Shown here: piece after piece, positions 1 through 7,276 of the stretch
How positions within the stretch are numbered: position 1 is the first letter of the stretch
How the letters are laid out: every line of letters begins with the position of its first letter
Source of the DNA: Planctomycetota bacterium
GTDB taxonomy: Bacteria > Planctomycetota > SZUA-567 > H5-PLA8
DNA length: 10,007 nucleotides
Reading direction: 5' to 3'
NCBI GenBank assembly: GCA_038227875.1
Contig: JBBRPR010000123.1
Coordinates: forward strand, 1 to 10,007
The notes under the pieces: generated by a model
The model's input: the letters and a program-made list of their open reading frames with translations, nothing else
What the model was told of the DNA's origin: nothing
Database searches by the model: none
Translations under genes and position numbers: made by a program

Positions 1-1398
1 GTCCAACACGTACCCGGCAAAGATGGTTCCTTCTCCGGCCGCCGGCGCAGCTTCAAAGCGCATCAACGATTCTTCATGCGTGGAAGCGGCGAGCGGGCCG
101 TGTGCCCAGCGCAATTGTCCGGAGATTTCATCGAGCGCGACCAGGGACGGACCAACCTTTTGCATGGGCGTAAACACCATGCCGTCTTTGACCAGCACGT
201 CTTCTTCTGGATGCATCATTTCGCGCCAATTTTGCGCGCGTACCATGCCGCCCATGTCGTTCACCCAGCGCAGTTGGCCATTCACTAGCGAGTGGCAATA
301 AATGATGTTCTTGTTCCGGTAGATCAGGCTGTTTTCCGCAATCACTGGCTGCGAATAAACGAAATTTTCCTTACGCGAACCGGGCAACGCAAATTTCCAG
401 ACAGGATCCTTGATAGCAATCGGATCTTCCAAGGGCAAAAAGCGCGTGAAGTCATCGCAGGCGAGGTTGGGCGCACTGGCCAGTTGCGACGAGGATTCGG
501 GCTCCTTGGTCGCGCCGGAGACGAGCGCTTTCAAGCGATCCAGGTCGGCCTGGCTGATGCCGGATTTCTCTTTCGGATTGATGGAAACGGGCGCTTCACC
601 AATCATTTTCTTGCAGTAAGCGAACTTTAAATCCAACTCCGGCGTACGGCATTTGGAATCTTTGAAAAACGTCAGCAGCGACGAATAGTACTCCGACGCC
701 TGCAGAAAATTGCGATCATCCATGGCCGCATTGCCCAGTTCCAGCAGCGCTTTGTCGCCATAGGTTGTGGCCAGCATGGTGTCCGCGACTTCGGCCAAAC
801 CCGTCAATGAATTCTGGCGGCGCGCCTGCTCAAACGATTCCTGTGCGCTCGCATCCGTCAGCTTGCGGTAGTAGTCCAGCTCGACGGCCGGCATGTTCAG
901 GATCCGGCGCAAACAATACTGCCGCATCGGAACGAACACGCCGTATTCGGAAACCCGGTAGAGCATGTCGTTGGGATTGCGGTTCAGTCGTTTCTCGAAC
1001 AACTCCAGGTACGTCTCCAACGCCTTCCGTGAATTTCCCGCCGCTTCGTATTCTTTGGCCACTTTTATGTAGCCATCCATTTCATCGTCCATGCACAGTC
1101 CGGTGCCGCTGCTGAGCGTATAGAACGACGGCTCCGACGAGAGCTTTCTCTCCGTCTCGTCTTTCAACCAGCCCCCGGGCCAACCCATGGTACAGCCATA
1201 CTCCTCATTCTTGTCCTTGGGAATGAACTTGAGGAACGACGGCTTGTAGTCCTTGTACTCCTGATAGATCTCGGGAATTTGAACCTTCGGAGTTGCCGGG
1301 GCGGGCGTGGGCGGCTTGGCGTCAGGAGCATCACCGGCCAAGAGAAGTCTCGCGGAAAATACGAGAATCGCGAACTGCGCGAGAACTGCTTGCCTCAT
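1..1398 (-). CDS. Large secreted protein with a TPR-like helical region and PQQ-binding-like (BamB-type) beta-propeller repeats; 3'-truncated by the window edge
   Basis: Manual translation gives 466 stop-free codons from ATG 1398 to position 1. AGGAG (1412-1408) lies 9 nt upstream. Signal-peptide-like N-terminus MRQAVLAQFAILVFSARLLLA, then a Pro-rich linker, helical segments (AKEYEAAGNSRKALETYLELF; YGDKALLELGNAAMDDRNFLQASEYYSSLL) and propeller-blade motifs IIYCHSLVNGQLRW and SLVALDEISGQLRW. Missing from the ORF track because there is no stop in the window. Confidence 0.85.
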   Translation of the reverse strand, partial: MRQAVLAQFAILVFSARLLLAGDAPDAKPPTPAPATPKVQIPEIYQEYKDYKPSFLKFIPKDKNEEYGCTMGWPGGWLKDETERKLSSEPSFYTLSSGTGLCMDDEMDGYIKVAKEYEAAGNSRKALETYLELFEKRLNRNPNDMLYRVSEYGVFVPMRQYCLRRILNMPAVELDYYRKLTDASAQESFEQARRQNSLTGLAEVADTMLATTYGDKALLELGNAAMDDRNFLQASEYYSSLLTFFKDSKCRTPELDLKFAYCKKMIGEAPVSINPKEKSGISQADLDRLKALVSGATKEPESSSQLASAPNLACDDFTRFLPLEDPIAIKDPVWKFALPGSRKENFVYSQPVIAENSLIYRNKNIIYCHSLVNGQLRWVNDMGGMVRAQNWREMMHPEEDVLVKDGMVFTPMQKVGPSLVALDEISGQLRWAHGPLAASTHEESLMRFEAAPAAGEGTIFAGYVLD

Positions 1399-1595
1399 CG
1401 TTCATTTCTCCTGCTTGCCGCAGACGTGCCCCTTTGAACTGCTGCTTCGACCCGTGTTCTGCAAAAGGAACACGTGCGTGAAACTTAGACCTGCGCAGTG
1501 TTCTATAAACAGGTACAGTGTCATACCCACCTAACCCGCAGAGCGCCTCGTATCGCATCCAATTGTTCAAAATATTAAACGTGTCATTTTGTGTG

Positions 1596-1601
1596 TATAA
1601 T
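1596..1601 (+). promoter_or_regulatory. Candidate sigma70 -10 element for the SGNH hydrolase gene
   Basis: Perfect TATAAT in an AT-rich patch of the divergent intergenic region, about 100 nt upstream of ATG 1704. No good -35 at canonical spacing. Confidence 0.45.
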
Positions 1602-1703
1602 GAACAAGACCGTGCCGGTAACACTAAACCGAACCAACCCGCCATTGCTTCAGCACGATTTAATCTTAAAACCCTATGCAGCGAAGAGGAGCTGAGAGGA
1701 ACC

Positions 1704-2810
1704 ATGCCCAAACTCAAACTCAAACCCAAGCCCACCGGTCTGCAAAAATTCGACGCTAAAATGCGCGCCGATGAAACCGTGAGTGATTTCGTGTGGTATT
1801 CTCCCGCCCAAGCGCCGCTCCACCTCGCGGGCTTTGCGTGGTACGCCAAAGACCGCGTCTACCGCCGCATGCCGCTCAAGCCCAAAGACAAATTGCCGGA
1901 AGCCGTCGACTGGCTGGCCAATCACACCGCCGGCGGACAGATCCGTTTTCAAAGCAACTCGCGCAAGCTTTCCGTCCGCGTCAAGCTCACGCGGCCGGCC
2001 GACATGGTTCACATGCCCGCGACCGGGCAGTGCGGCTTCGACTGCTACGCCGGCCCGCCCACTCAGCAGGTGTTCGCCGGCGCGACGCGCTATGACGTCA
2101 AGGCCAGCGAATACCAGATCGCCGTCTTCGATCTCCCCACCGCCGAAGAACGCAACATCACGCTCAACTTTCCGCTCTATCAAGGCGTGGAGCGCGTCGA
2201 CGTCGGCCTGCAACCCGGCGCAACGGTCAAAGCGCCCCCACCCTACGCACGCAAGCGGCCCATCGTGATCTACGGCACGTCAATCACGCAGGGCGGCTGC
2301 GCCTCGCGGCCGGGGATGGCGTACACGAATATCTTGAGCCGCCGCCTCAACGTCGAGATCGTGAACCTCGGCTTCTCCGGCAGCGGCAAAGGCGAACCGG
2401 AAGTCGCGCGTACCATCGCCACGATTCCCGATCCGGAAATGCTCGTGCTCGATTACGAATCCAACACCGGTTCGCTGGAAGCACTCAGCGCCACGCTGCC
2501 GGGCTTCATCCAGATTCTGCGCAAGGCTCACCGCAACGTCCCGATCCTGGTGATCTCGAAAATCAATTACGCGATCGAGAACTTCAACCCCGAAGCCCGC
2601 GCCAAACGGAACAGCACCCGCGACTATCAGCGCGACACCGTCGCGAAGTTCGCGAAAACCGATCCGAAGATCTTCTTCACCGACGGCGGCAACCTGCTCG
2701 GTACCGACTTCGACGAATGCGCCGTCGACGGCGTGCACCCCACCGATCTCGGCTTCCTGCGCATGGCCAACGGCCTGGAGCCGGTCTTCCGGACCATCCT
2801 CGGGCTGTAA
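1704..2810 (+). CDS. SGNH/GDSL hydrolase (GxDLY-type N-terminal domain + Lipase_GDSL_3-like catalytic domain); probable esterase/deacetylase
   Basis: Block I YGTSITQG (catalytic Ser), NLGFSGSG, block V DGVHP and N-terminal GFDCY (GxDLY-like). Start moved from 1518 to the in-frame ATG 1704, which follows GAGAGGA. The 1518-1703 extension overlaps the AT-rich promoter region. Confidence 0.9.
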   Translation: MPKLKLKPKPTGLQKFDAKMRADETVSDFVWYSPAQAPLHLAGFAWYAKDRVYRRMPLKPKDKLPEAVDWLANHTAGGQIRFQSNSRKLSVRVKLTRPADMVHMPATGQCGFDCYAGPPTQQVFAGATRYDVKASEYQIAVFDLPTAEERNITLNFPLYQGVERVDVGLQPGATVKAPPPYARKRPIVIYGTSITQGGCASRPGMAYTNILSRRLNVEIVNLGFSGSGKGEPEVARTIATIPDPEMLVLDYESNTGSLEALSATLPGFIQILRKAHRNVPILVISKINYAIENFNPEARAKRNSTRDYQRDTVAKFAKTDPKIFFTDGGNLLGTDFDECAVDGVHPTDLGFLRMANGLEPVFRTILGL

Positions 2811-2814
2811 ACGT

Positions 2815-4413
2815 TTACCGCGGCCCGGCGGCGACGATCTCCGCCGGCACGTCCGTGAACTGCGCAAAATTTGTCTTGAAGCGCGCGACCAGATCGCGCG
2901 CCTTGGCGTCGTACGCGTTCACGTCAGGCCACGTCTGCCGCGGCTGCAGCACTTCCGACGGCACGCCCGGGCATTCCAGCGGCACCGTCAGGCCGAAGAC
3001 CGGTTCGACCACCGTCTTGATGTGATCCAGCCCGCCCGCCAGCGCCGCCCGCAGCAGCGTTCGCGTGTGCGAAATCTTCATACGCTTGCCCACGCCAAAC
3101 GCACCGCCCGTCCAGCCGGTGTTGACCAGCCAGCAGCGCGAATCGTGCTTGCGAATCTTCTCGCCCAGCAGCTTCGCGTAGACGTTCGGCGGCAGCACCA
3201 TGAACGGCGCGCCAAAACACGTGCTGAATGTCGCTTCCGGATCCTTCCCCAGCCCCACTTCCGTGCCCGCCACCTTCGCGGAGTATCCGGAGATGAAATG
3301 ATACAGCGCCTGCGCCGTCGAGAGCTTCGCGATCGGCGGCATGATCCCGAACGCATCGCAGGTCAGCAGCACGACATTTTTCGGATGCCCGCCGACCGAC
3401 GGCTTCACCGCGTACGAAATCAAGGCGAGCGGATACGCCGCGCGCGTGTTCTCCGTCAGCGACGCGTCGCTCAGATCCAGGCGGCGCGTGAGCGGATCAA
3501 AAACGGTGTTTTCCAGAATCGTGCCGAACGACTGCGTGCGCGCGAAAATTTCCGGCTCTTCCTGCGCATTGAGCCGCACGACCTTCGCGTAGCAGCCGCC
3601 TTCGTAATTGAACACGCCCTTGTCGCTCCAGCCGTGTTCGTCGTCGCCGATCAGCCCGCGTTCCGGATCGGCCGAGAGCGTCGTCTTGCCGGTGCCCGAA
3701 AGTCCGAAAAGCACCGCCGCGTCGCCGTTCTTCCCGATGTTCGCCGAGCAGTGCATCGACATGATGCCTTTCATCGGCATCAGGTAATTGAGCAGCGAGA
3801 AGACCGACTTCTTGATTTCTCCGGCGTACAACGTGCCGCCGATCACGATCATCTTGCGCGTCGGATGGACCACGATGAACGTGTCGGTGCGCGTCGAATC
3901 CAGATGCGGCACCGCATGGAAATTCGGCGCGTGCAGCAGCGTGATCTCCGGCCGGTGGCTTGAGAAATCATGACCTTCCGGGCGCACAAACATGGTCCGC
4001 GCAAAGAGCGCGTGCAGCGCGTTCTCGGTGACCACGCGCAGCGGAATCGCCAGCTCGGGATCGGCTCCGGCGAAGCTATCCTGCACGTACAAATCCTTGT
4101 GCTGATAGTACGCCGTGATCCGCGCGACCAGCGTGGTGAACGCCAGTTCGCTGATCGGCTTGTTGTGCTTGCCCCACCAGATGTGCGCCTTGCTCCCCGC
4201 CTCTTCGACGATGAAGCGGTCGGGCACCGAGCGCCCCGTGTGCTTGCCCGTGTTGACCACGATCGGCCCGCGGTACGCGATGCTCGCCTCGCCGCGCTTG
4301 ATCGCCTCTTCATACAGCGTCGGCGTCGTCTGGTTGAGCGCCACGGAACGGGGAAAGGTCACGCCGATTTCTTCGAGCGAGCTGAGCGTCTTGTACACAC
4401 CGGGAGCAGGCAA
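2815..4413 (-). CDS. pckA: Phosphoenolpyruvate carboxykinase (ATP)
   Basis: Signature motifs TGRS, YAGEIKK, MHCSAN, P-loop FGLSGTGKTTLS, LIGDDEHGW, EGGCYAK, ENTRAAYP, HFISGY and WLVNTGW. Start uncertain. TTG 4413 chosen (GAGGT 7 nt upstream, 532 aa, typical PckA size). Alternatives are GTG 4398 or the track's TTG 4518. Confidence 0.97.
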   Translation of the reverse strand: MPAPGVYKTLSSLEEIGVTFPRSVALNQTTPTLYEEAIKRGEASIAYRGPIVVNTGKHTGRSVPDRFIVEEAGSKAHIWWGKHNKPISELAFTTLVARITAYYQHKDLYVQDSFAGADPELAIPLRVVTENALHALFARTMFVRPEGHDFSSHRPEITLLHAPNFHAVPHLDSTRTDTFIVVHPTRKMIVIGGTLYAGEIKKSVFSLLNYLMPMKGIMSMHCSANIGKNGDAAVLFGLSGTGKTTLSADPERGLIGDDEHGWSDKGVFNYEGGCYAKVVRLNAQEEPEIFARTQSFGTILENTVFDPLTRRLDLSDASLTENTRAAYPLALISYAVKPSVGGHPKNVVLLTCDAFGIMPPIAKLSTAQALYHFISGYSAKVAGTEVGLGKDPEATFSTCFGAPFMVLPPNVYAKLLGEKIRKHDSRCWLVNTGWTGGAFGVGKRMKISHTRTLLRAALAGGLDHIKTVVEPVFGLTVPLECPGVPSEVLQPRQTWPDVNAYDAKARDLVARFKTNFAQFTDVPAEIVAAGPR

Positions 4414-4515
4414 AGTCGTGACCTCGCAAAGGGAAGCGTGCTTGGATTCCCTAGTTTTGCCACAGAGCCCCACGGACTGCAATTCGTTGTTTTCGATGCG
4501 CGCATGTTTGTGTGA

Positions 4516-4547
4516 CAAGGAGCAAGCGGTCGTATGCCTGCTCCTTG
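4516..4547. repeat. REP-like palindrome, copy 1 (13-bp imperfect stem, 6-nt loop)
   Basis: CAAGGAGCAAGCG-gtcgta-TGCCTGCTCCTTG; the right arm differs at 2 positions from the perfect complement. Confidence 0.85.
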
Positions 4548-4627
4548 CTCAACGCGAGTCTTACACAAATTACTTCGTACTTCCCTTGCCGTATCCAACC
4601 GCGGGCGCGAATTGGCACGCACAAAAG

Positions 4628-4659
4628 CAAGGAGCAAGCGAACAGCCGCTTGCTCCTTG
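4628..4659. repeat. REP-like palindrome, copy 2 (13-bp perfect stem, 6-nt loop)
   Basis: CAAGGAGCAAGCG-aacagc-CGCTTGCTCCTTG; same arm sequence and same 32-nt length as copy 1, 80 nt away. Confidence 0.9.
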
Positions 4660-4672
4660 AAACACACCCCTT

Positions 4673-4690
4673 GCGGACGCGCACGTCCGC
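4673..4690 (-). terminator. GC-rich hairpin just downstream of the M48 gene; possible terminator or stabilising stem
   Basis: GCGGACG-cgca-CGTCCGC, 7-bp stem with 4-nt loop, 26 nt after the stop at 4717. No U-tract follows on the minus strand, so it is not a canonical intrinsic terminator. Confidence 0.35.
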
Positions 4691-4716
4691 TAAACGGAAA
4701 ATGGGAAAATGTCCGT

Positions 4717-5562
4717 TCAACTCGCCTTCTTCCGCCTGCCCTTCTTCTCCGGCTTCTCCGCCTTCGAAATTTTCGCGCGCTTCATCAGATTCTCAAAATC
4801 CGGCTCCGCACACCAGCGGGTGATCTCCCGCGCGCGGACCGATAGATACGGATGCGTCTGCCGCGCGATGATCAAACCCTGCAGCAGCGAATCCCAACCC
4901 GATTCCATCAGCTTGTCGTACGCGCGGGACTGGGCCATGTAGAGCTCCAGATCCACGTCGTTGGTGATGCTCTTGGGCCCGCCGGCCAGGCGGATGATCG
5001 TGTTCACCACCGGCTTGGAGCCGCCCATCACCACCGCCGCGGCGCGGTCGGCGGAAAGTTCACTGCGGCGGAACCAGTAGAGCAGCCCCACCTGCACCGG
5101 CACCGACAGCAGCGACAGCGGTCCGAAAATCCGCTCGCCAATCTGCAGCAGGAACATCGCCATCGTGCGGTAGAGCACATGCTGGCAGGCGATGTGACCG
5201 CATTCGTGCGCGACGACGGAATAAATCTCTTCTTCGTCGAGCGATTCGATCAGGCCCGACGTCACTGTCACGAACACGCGCTGATCGCCGTAGGTGTACG
5301 CGTTGGGATTGGGATCCAGCTCGAGATAAAATTCCGGCTCCGGAATATTCAGCGCCTTGCACGCCGGCGGCAGATGCTTGTAGATCTTCGGCAGCTGCTT
5401 GGGGCTCAGCCGGATTTTCGAGGCCATGTTAAAGCCATGCAATTGGCGCTCGGGCAGAAATTTCATGAACGCTTTGACGCACGCCGGAAAAAGCGGGATC
5501 GCTTTAAGCTTCTCCAGCGCGGCGCGGTCTTCCGGGTGCGTGAAGTCGTCGGGTGTATACAC
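4717..5562 (-). CDS. M48 family (HtpX/Ste24-like) zinc metallopeptidase
   Basis: PNAYTYG, zinc motif VVAHECGH, third ligand in RRSELSADRAA and THP motif. GTG 5562 preferred over TTG 5571 because GGAGGA (5577-5572) abuts the TTG but lies 9 nt from the GTG. Confidence 0.92.
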   Translation of the reverse strand: MYTPDDFTHPEDRAALEKLKAIPLFPACVKAFMKFLPERQLHGFNMASKIRLSPKQLPKIYKHLPPACKALNIPEPEFYLELDPNPNAYTYGDQRVFVTVTSGLIESLDEEEIYSVVAHECGHIACQHVLYRTMAMFLLQIGERIFGPLSLLSVPVQVGLLYWFRRSELSADRAAAVVMGGSKPVVNTIIRLAGGPKSITNDVDLELYMAQSRAYDKLMESGWDSLLQGLIIARQTHPYLSVRAREITRWCAEPDFENLMKRAKISKAEKPEKKGRRKKAS

Positions 5563-5647
5563 GATTTGCAATCCTCCGGGTCGAATCGAAAACGGCGCTG
5601 CACGGGCATTTAGTCCACACGCGGCGCGTGGGCCAGGTCACTGAATT

Positions 5648-6301
5648 TTATAACCGGGTTTCGTCGCCGGAGTCCTCAATTTCTTTCATCACACGTACGT
5701 GTATTTTCACGGCATACATGAGAATCGCAAAGCAGACAAAGAATCCCAGCACCATCGCGCCGGAGATGGCAGGGTCCAGTTGCGTGAAGGCCATCGCCGT
5801 CAGCGGAATCGCCGCCACCGCGAACAAAAACGCCGGCGGCGCGATCAATCCCACGCAGATCAGCCACAGCCGGCTGCGTGAATTTTCGATCAGCAGTTCC
5901 TTGGCGACCCACAGTCCCCACGTCGCGCCGCCCAGCGCCCAGACCATGCACGGCAGCGCGATGATCAGCAACATCGGCGCGCGCCCGCCCACCGACGCGG
6001 CGACACTTTCGCTCAGCGTTTTGTAGGCCAGGCCCCACACATTGCCCAGCGCGGCGACGACGAGCAGCAATTCCGTCAGCCGGATCTGCACGACCCGAAA
6101 AAGCGCCAGCCCCACGGCGAACAGCGCCATCAGCAGCGCCAGCACCGTTCCGCAGACGAAAATCACCGGACCGTCGCTGCGGTTGAACAGCACCGCGCCG
6201 ATCCCGCCGGCGATCCCGGTGGCAAACACAATCAGGGCCAAACGGAGCGTGTAACGGGTGACTGCGCCGGCTTCTTGAGAAAGCTCGTCGATGAACGACA
6301 T
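5648..6301 (-). CDS. Hypothetical integral membrane protein (about 6 TM helices)
   Basis: 217-aa ORF made of long hydrophobic stretches with short polar loops, co-oriented with its neighbours and filling the gap between them. No family recognised. Confidence 0.75.
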   Translation of the reverse strand: MSFIDELSQEAGAVTRYTLRLALIVFATGIAGGIGAVLFNRSDGPVIFVCGTVLALLMALFAVGLALFRVVQIRLTELLLVVAALGNVWGLAYKTLSESVAASVGGRAPMLLIIALPCMVWALGGATWGLWVAKELLIENSRSRLWLICVGLIAPPAFLFAVAAIPLTAMAFTQLDPAISGAMVLGFFVCFAILMYAVKIHVRVMKEIEDSGDETRL

Positions 6302-6346
6302 AGTCGGCCCGGGGAGGTTGTCAAAAGGGTCAGCCGACAGTTACAA

Positions 6347-6415
6347 CAGTTGTGAGTTTTGAGTTAACGTCGTGGCAACAACAAATCAAAACTAAGAACT
6401 CAAAACTCACAACTG
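6347..6415. repeat. Perfect 19-bp inverted repeat built from heptamer tandem units; possible terminator or processing stem
   Basis: CAGTTGTGAGTTTTGAGTT (6347-6365) pairs with AACTCAAAACTCACAACTG (6397-6415) across a 31-nt spacer. The right side reads AAATCAA-AACTAAG-AACTCAA-AACTCAC-AACTGCC (6383-6417). Confidence 0.9.
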
Positions 6416-6451
6416 CCGTCCTAATGCCACGAATAGCAAAAAGGGCTGAAT

Positions 6452-7207
6452 TCACACCATCTCCACCATCTCCACGACATCCAGGTTCAGCATCTTGCGC
6501 CGGCCGGTCGTTTCCACCAGCACCCACGACCCGCCGATGCGTTCCTTCACGATGCCCGTTACTTCCTGGCCGCGGATGATGAAACTGTAGCGCTGATTGA
6601 TGTGCAGCACGCGGAAGAGCACCGCGCCGCGCGACAGTTCTTCCGTCGGCGAAGCCATCAGGCCCGATGCTCGCGGAGCCGGAGCCACCGGACGCGCCAC
6701 GACCTTGGAATCGTCACTGCCGGCAGGCGCGCCAGTGCTCGCGTTGGGTTGCACGGCCGCGTGCAGTCCGGAACCCGGACCCGTGCTGGCAGCCGGAGCG
6801 GCCGACGCGGGCGGTGCGGGCGGCTTGAGATCGGGCATCATCAAGTCGGCATCGTCGAGACCGACCAGCGCCTTGGGCGCTTCGGGCGGAGCTTCCACCG
6901 CTACCGGCTTGGCCGCCGCTTCGATGGTCAGGTACGACTGCGCGCCCAGCAGGTTGAGCGTCTGTTGAACATGGCGCGACGAGAGCACGCGCAGGCGATT
7001 CTTCTTTTCCAGCACGTCGGTTGCAGACTGGATGATCAGCTTCGCCACGGAATTGTTCAGCCAGCGCACGCTGGACAGATCCAGAATCGGATCGCCTTCC
7101 ACTGTCGCGCAGTACTTTTCCAGCGCGGACTGAAACTCCGGATCAGCGGACTTGTCCAGATTCCCCGTGACCTGCAGCGCCCCGTTAACTACTTCGCACG
7201 TCGCCAT
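6452..7207 (-). CDS. STAS (anti-sigma antagonist-like) domain protein with Pro/Ala linker and small beta-rich C-terminal domain
   Basis: STAS pattern LQVTGNLD...PILDLSSVRWLNNSVAKLI...LRVL...VQQTLNLLG in the first ~95 aa. ATG 7207 follows GAAGGGGA and is preferred over TTG 7231. Confidence 0.8.
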   Translation of the reverse strand: MATCEVVNGALQVTGNLDKSADPEFQSALEKYCATVEGDPILDLSSVRWLNNSVAKLIIQSATDVLEKKNRLRVLSSRHVQQTLNLLGAQSYLTIEAAAKPVAVEAPPEAPKALVGLDDADLMMPDLKPPAPPASAAPAASTGPGSGLHAAVQPNASTGAPAGSDDSKVVARPVAPAPRASGLMASPTEELSRGAVLFRVLHINQRYSFIIRGQEVTGIVKERIGGSWVLVETTGRRKMLNLDVVEMVEMV

Positions 7208-7232
7208 CCGCTCATCCCCTTCTCGATTCAAG

Positions 7233-7256
7233 AAACTGAAACTAAAACTAAAACTG
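7233..7256. repeat. Intergenic hexamer tandem repeat (AAACTR)x4
   Basis: AAACTG AAACTA AAACTA AAACTG, read directly between the SBP stop and the STAS RBS. Confidence 0.8.
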
Positions 7257-7276
7257 ACCGTGTGAGCCCGTCTTCG

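Noticed and set aside
23..1849. Small + strand ORFs in 23-1534 and the minus-strand ORF 1331..1849
   Set aside because: Explained by the real minus-strand gene 1398..<1 and the SGNH gene. ORF 1331..1849 crosses the promoter region and is antisense to the SGNH start.
4414..4518. 35-aa N-terminal extension of PckA given by the ORF track
   Set aside because: The start lies inside the REP-like palindrome, the extension has no PckA-like character, and a downstream TTG with an RBS gives normal length.
4613..4630. Sigma54-like TGGCAC element between the palindromes
   Set aside because: No TTGC at -12, GG-to-GC spacing is 11 rather than 10, and it points antisense to the local genes.
4516..4659. 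CRISPR mini-array interpretation of the two 32-nt palindromes
   Set aside because: Only two units, fully palindromic and apparently inverted, with an 80-nt spacer that is too long, and no cas genes.
2924..5613. ORFs overlapping pckA and the M48 gene (e.g. 3022..3963, 3970..4515, 4115..4660, 4852..5613)
   Set aside because: Shadow or alternate frames of well-supported genes, with no recognisable domains.
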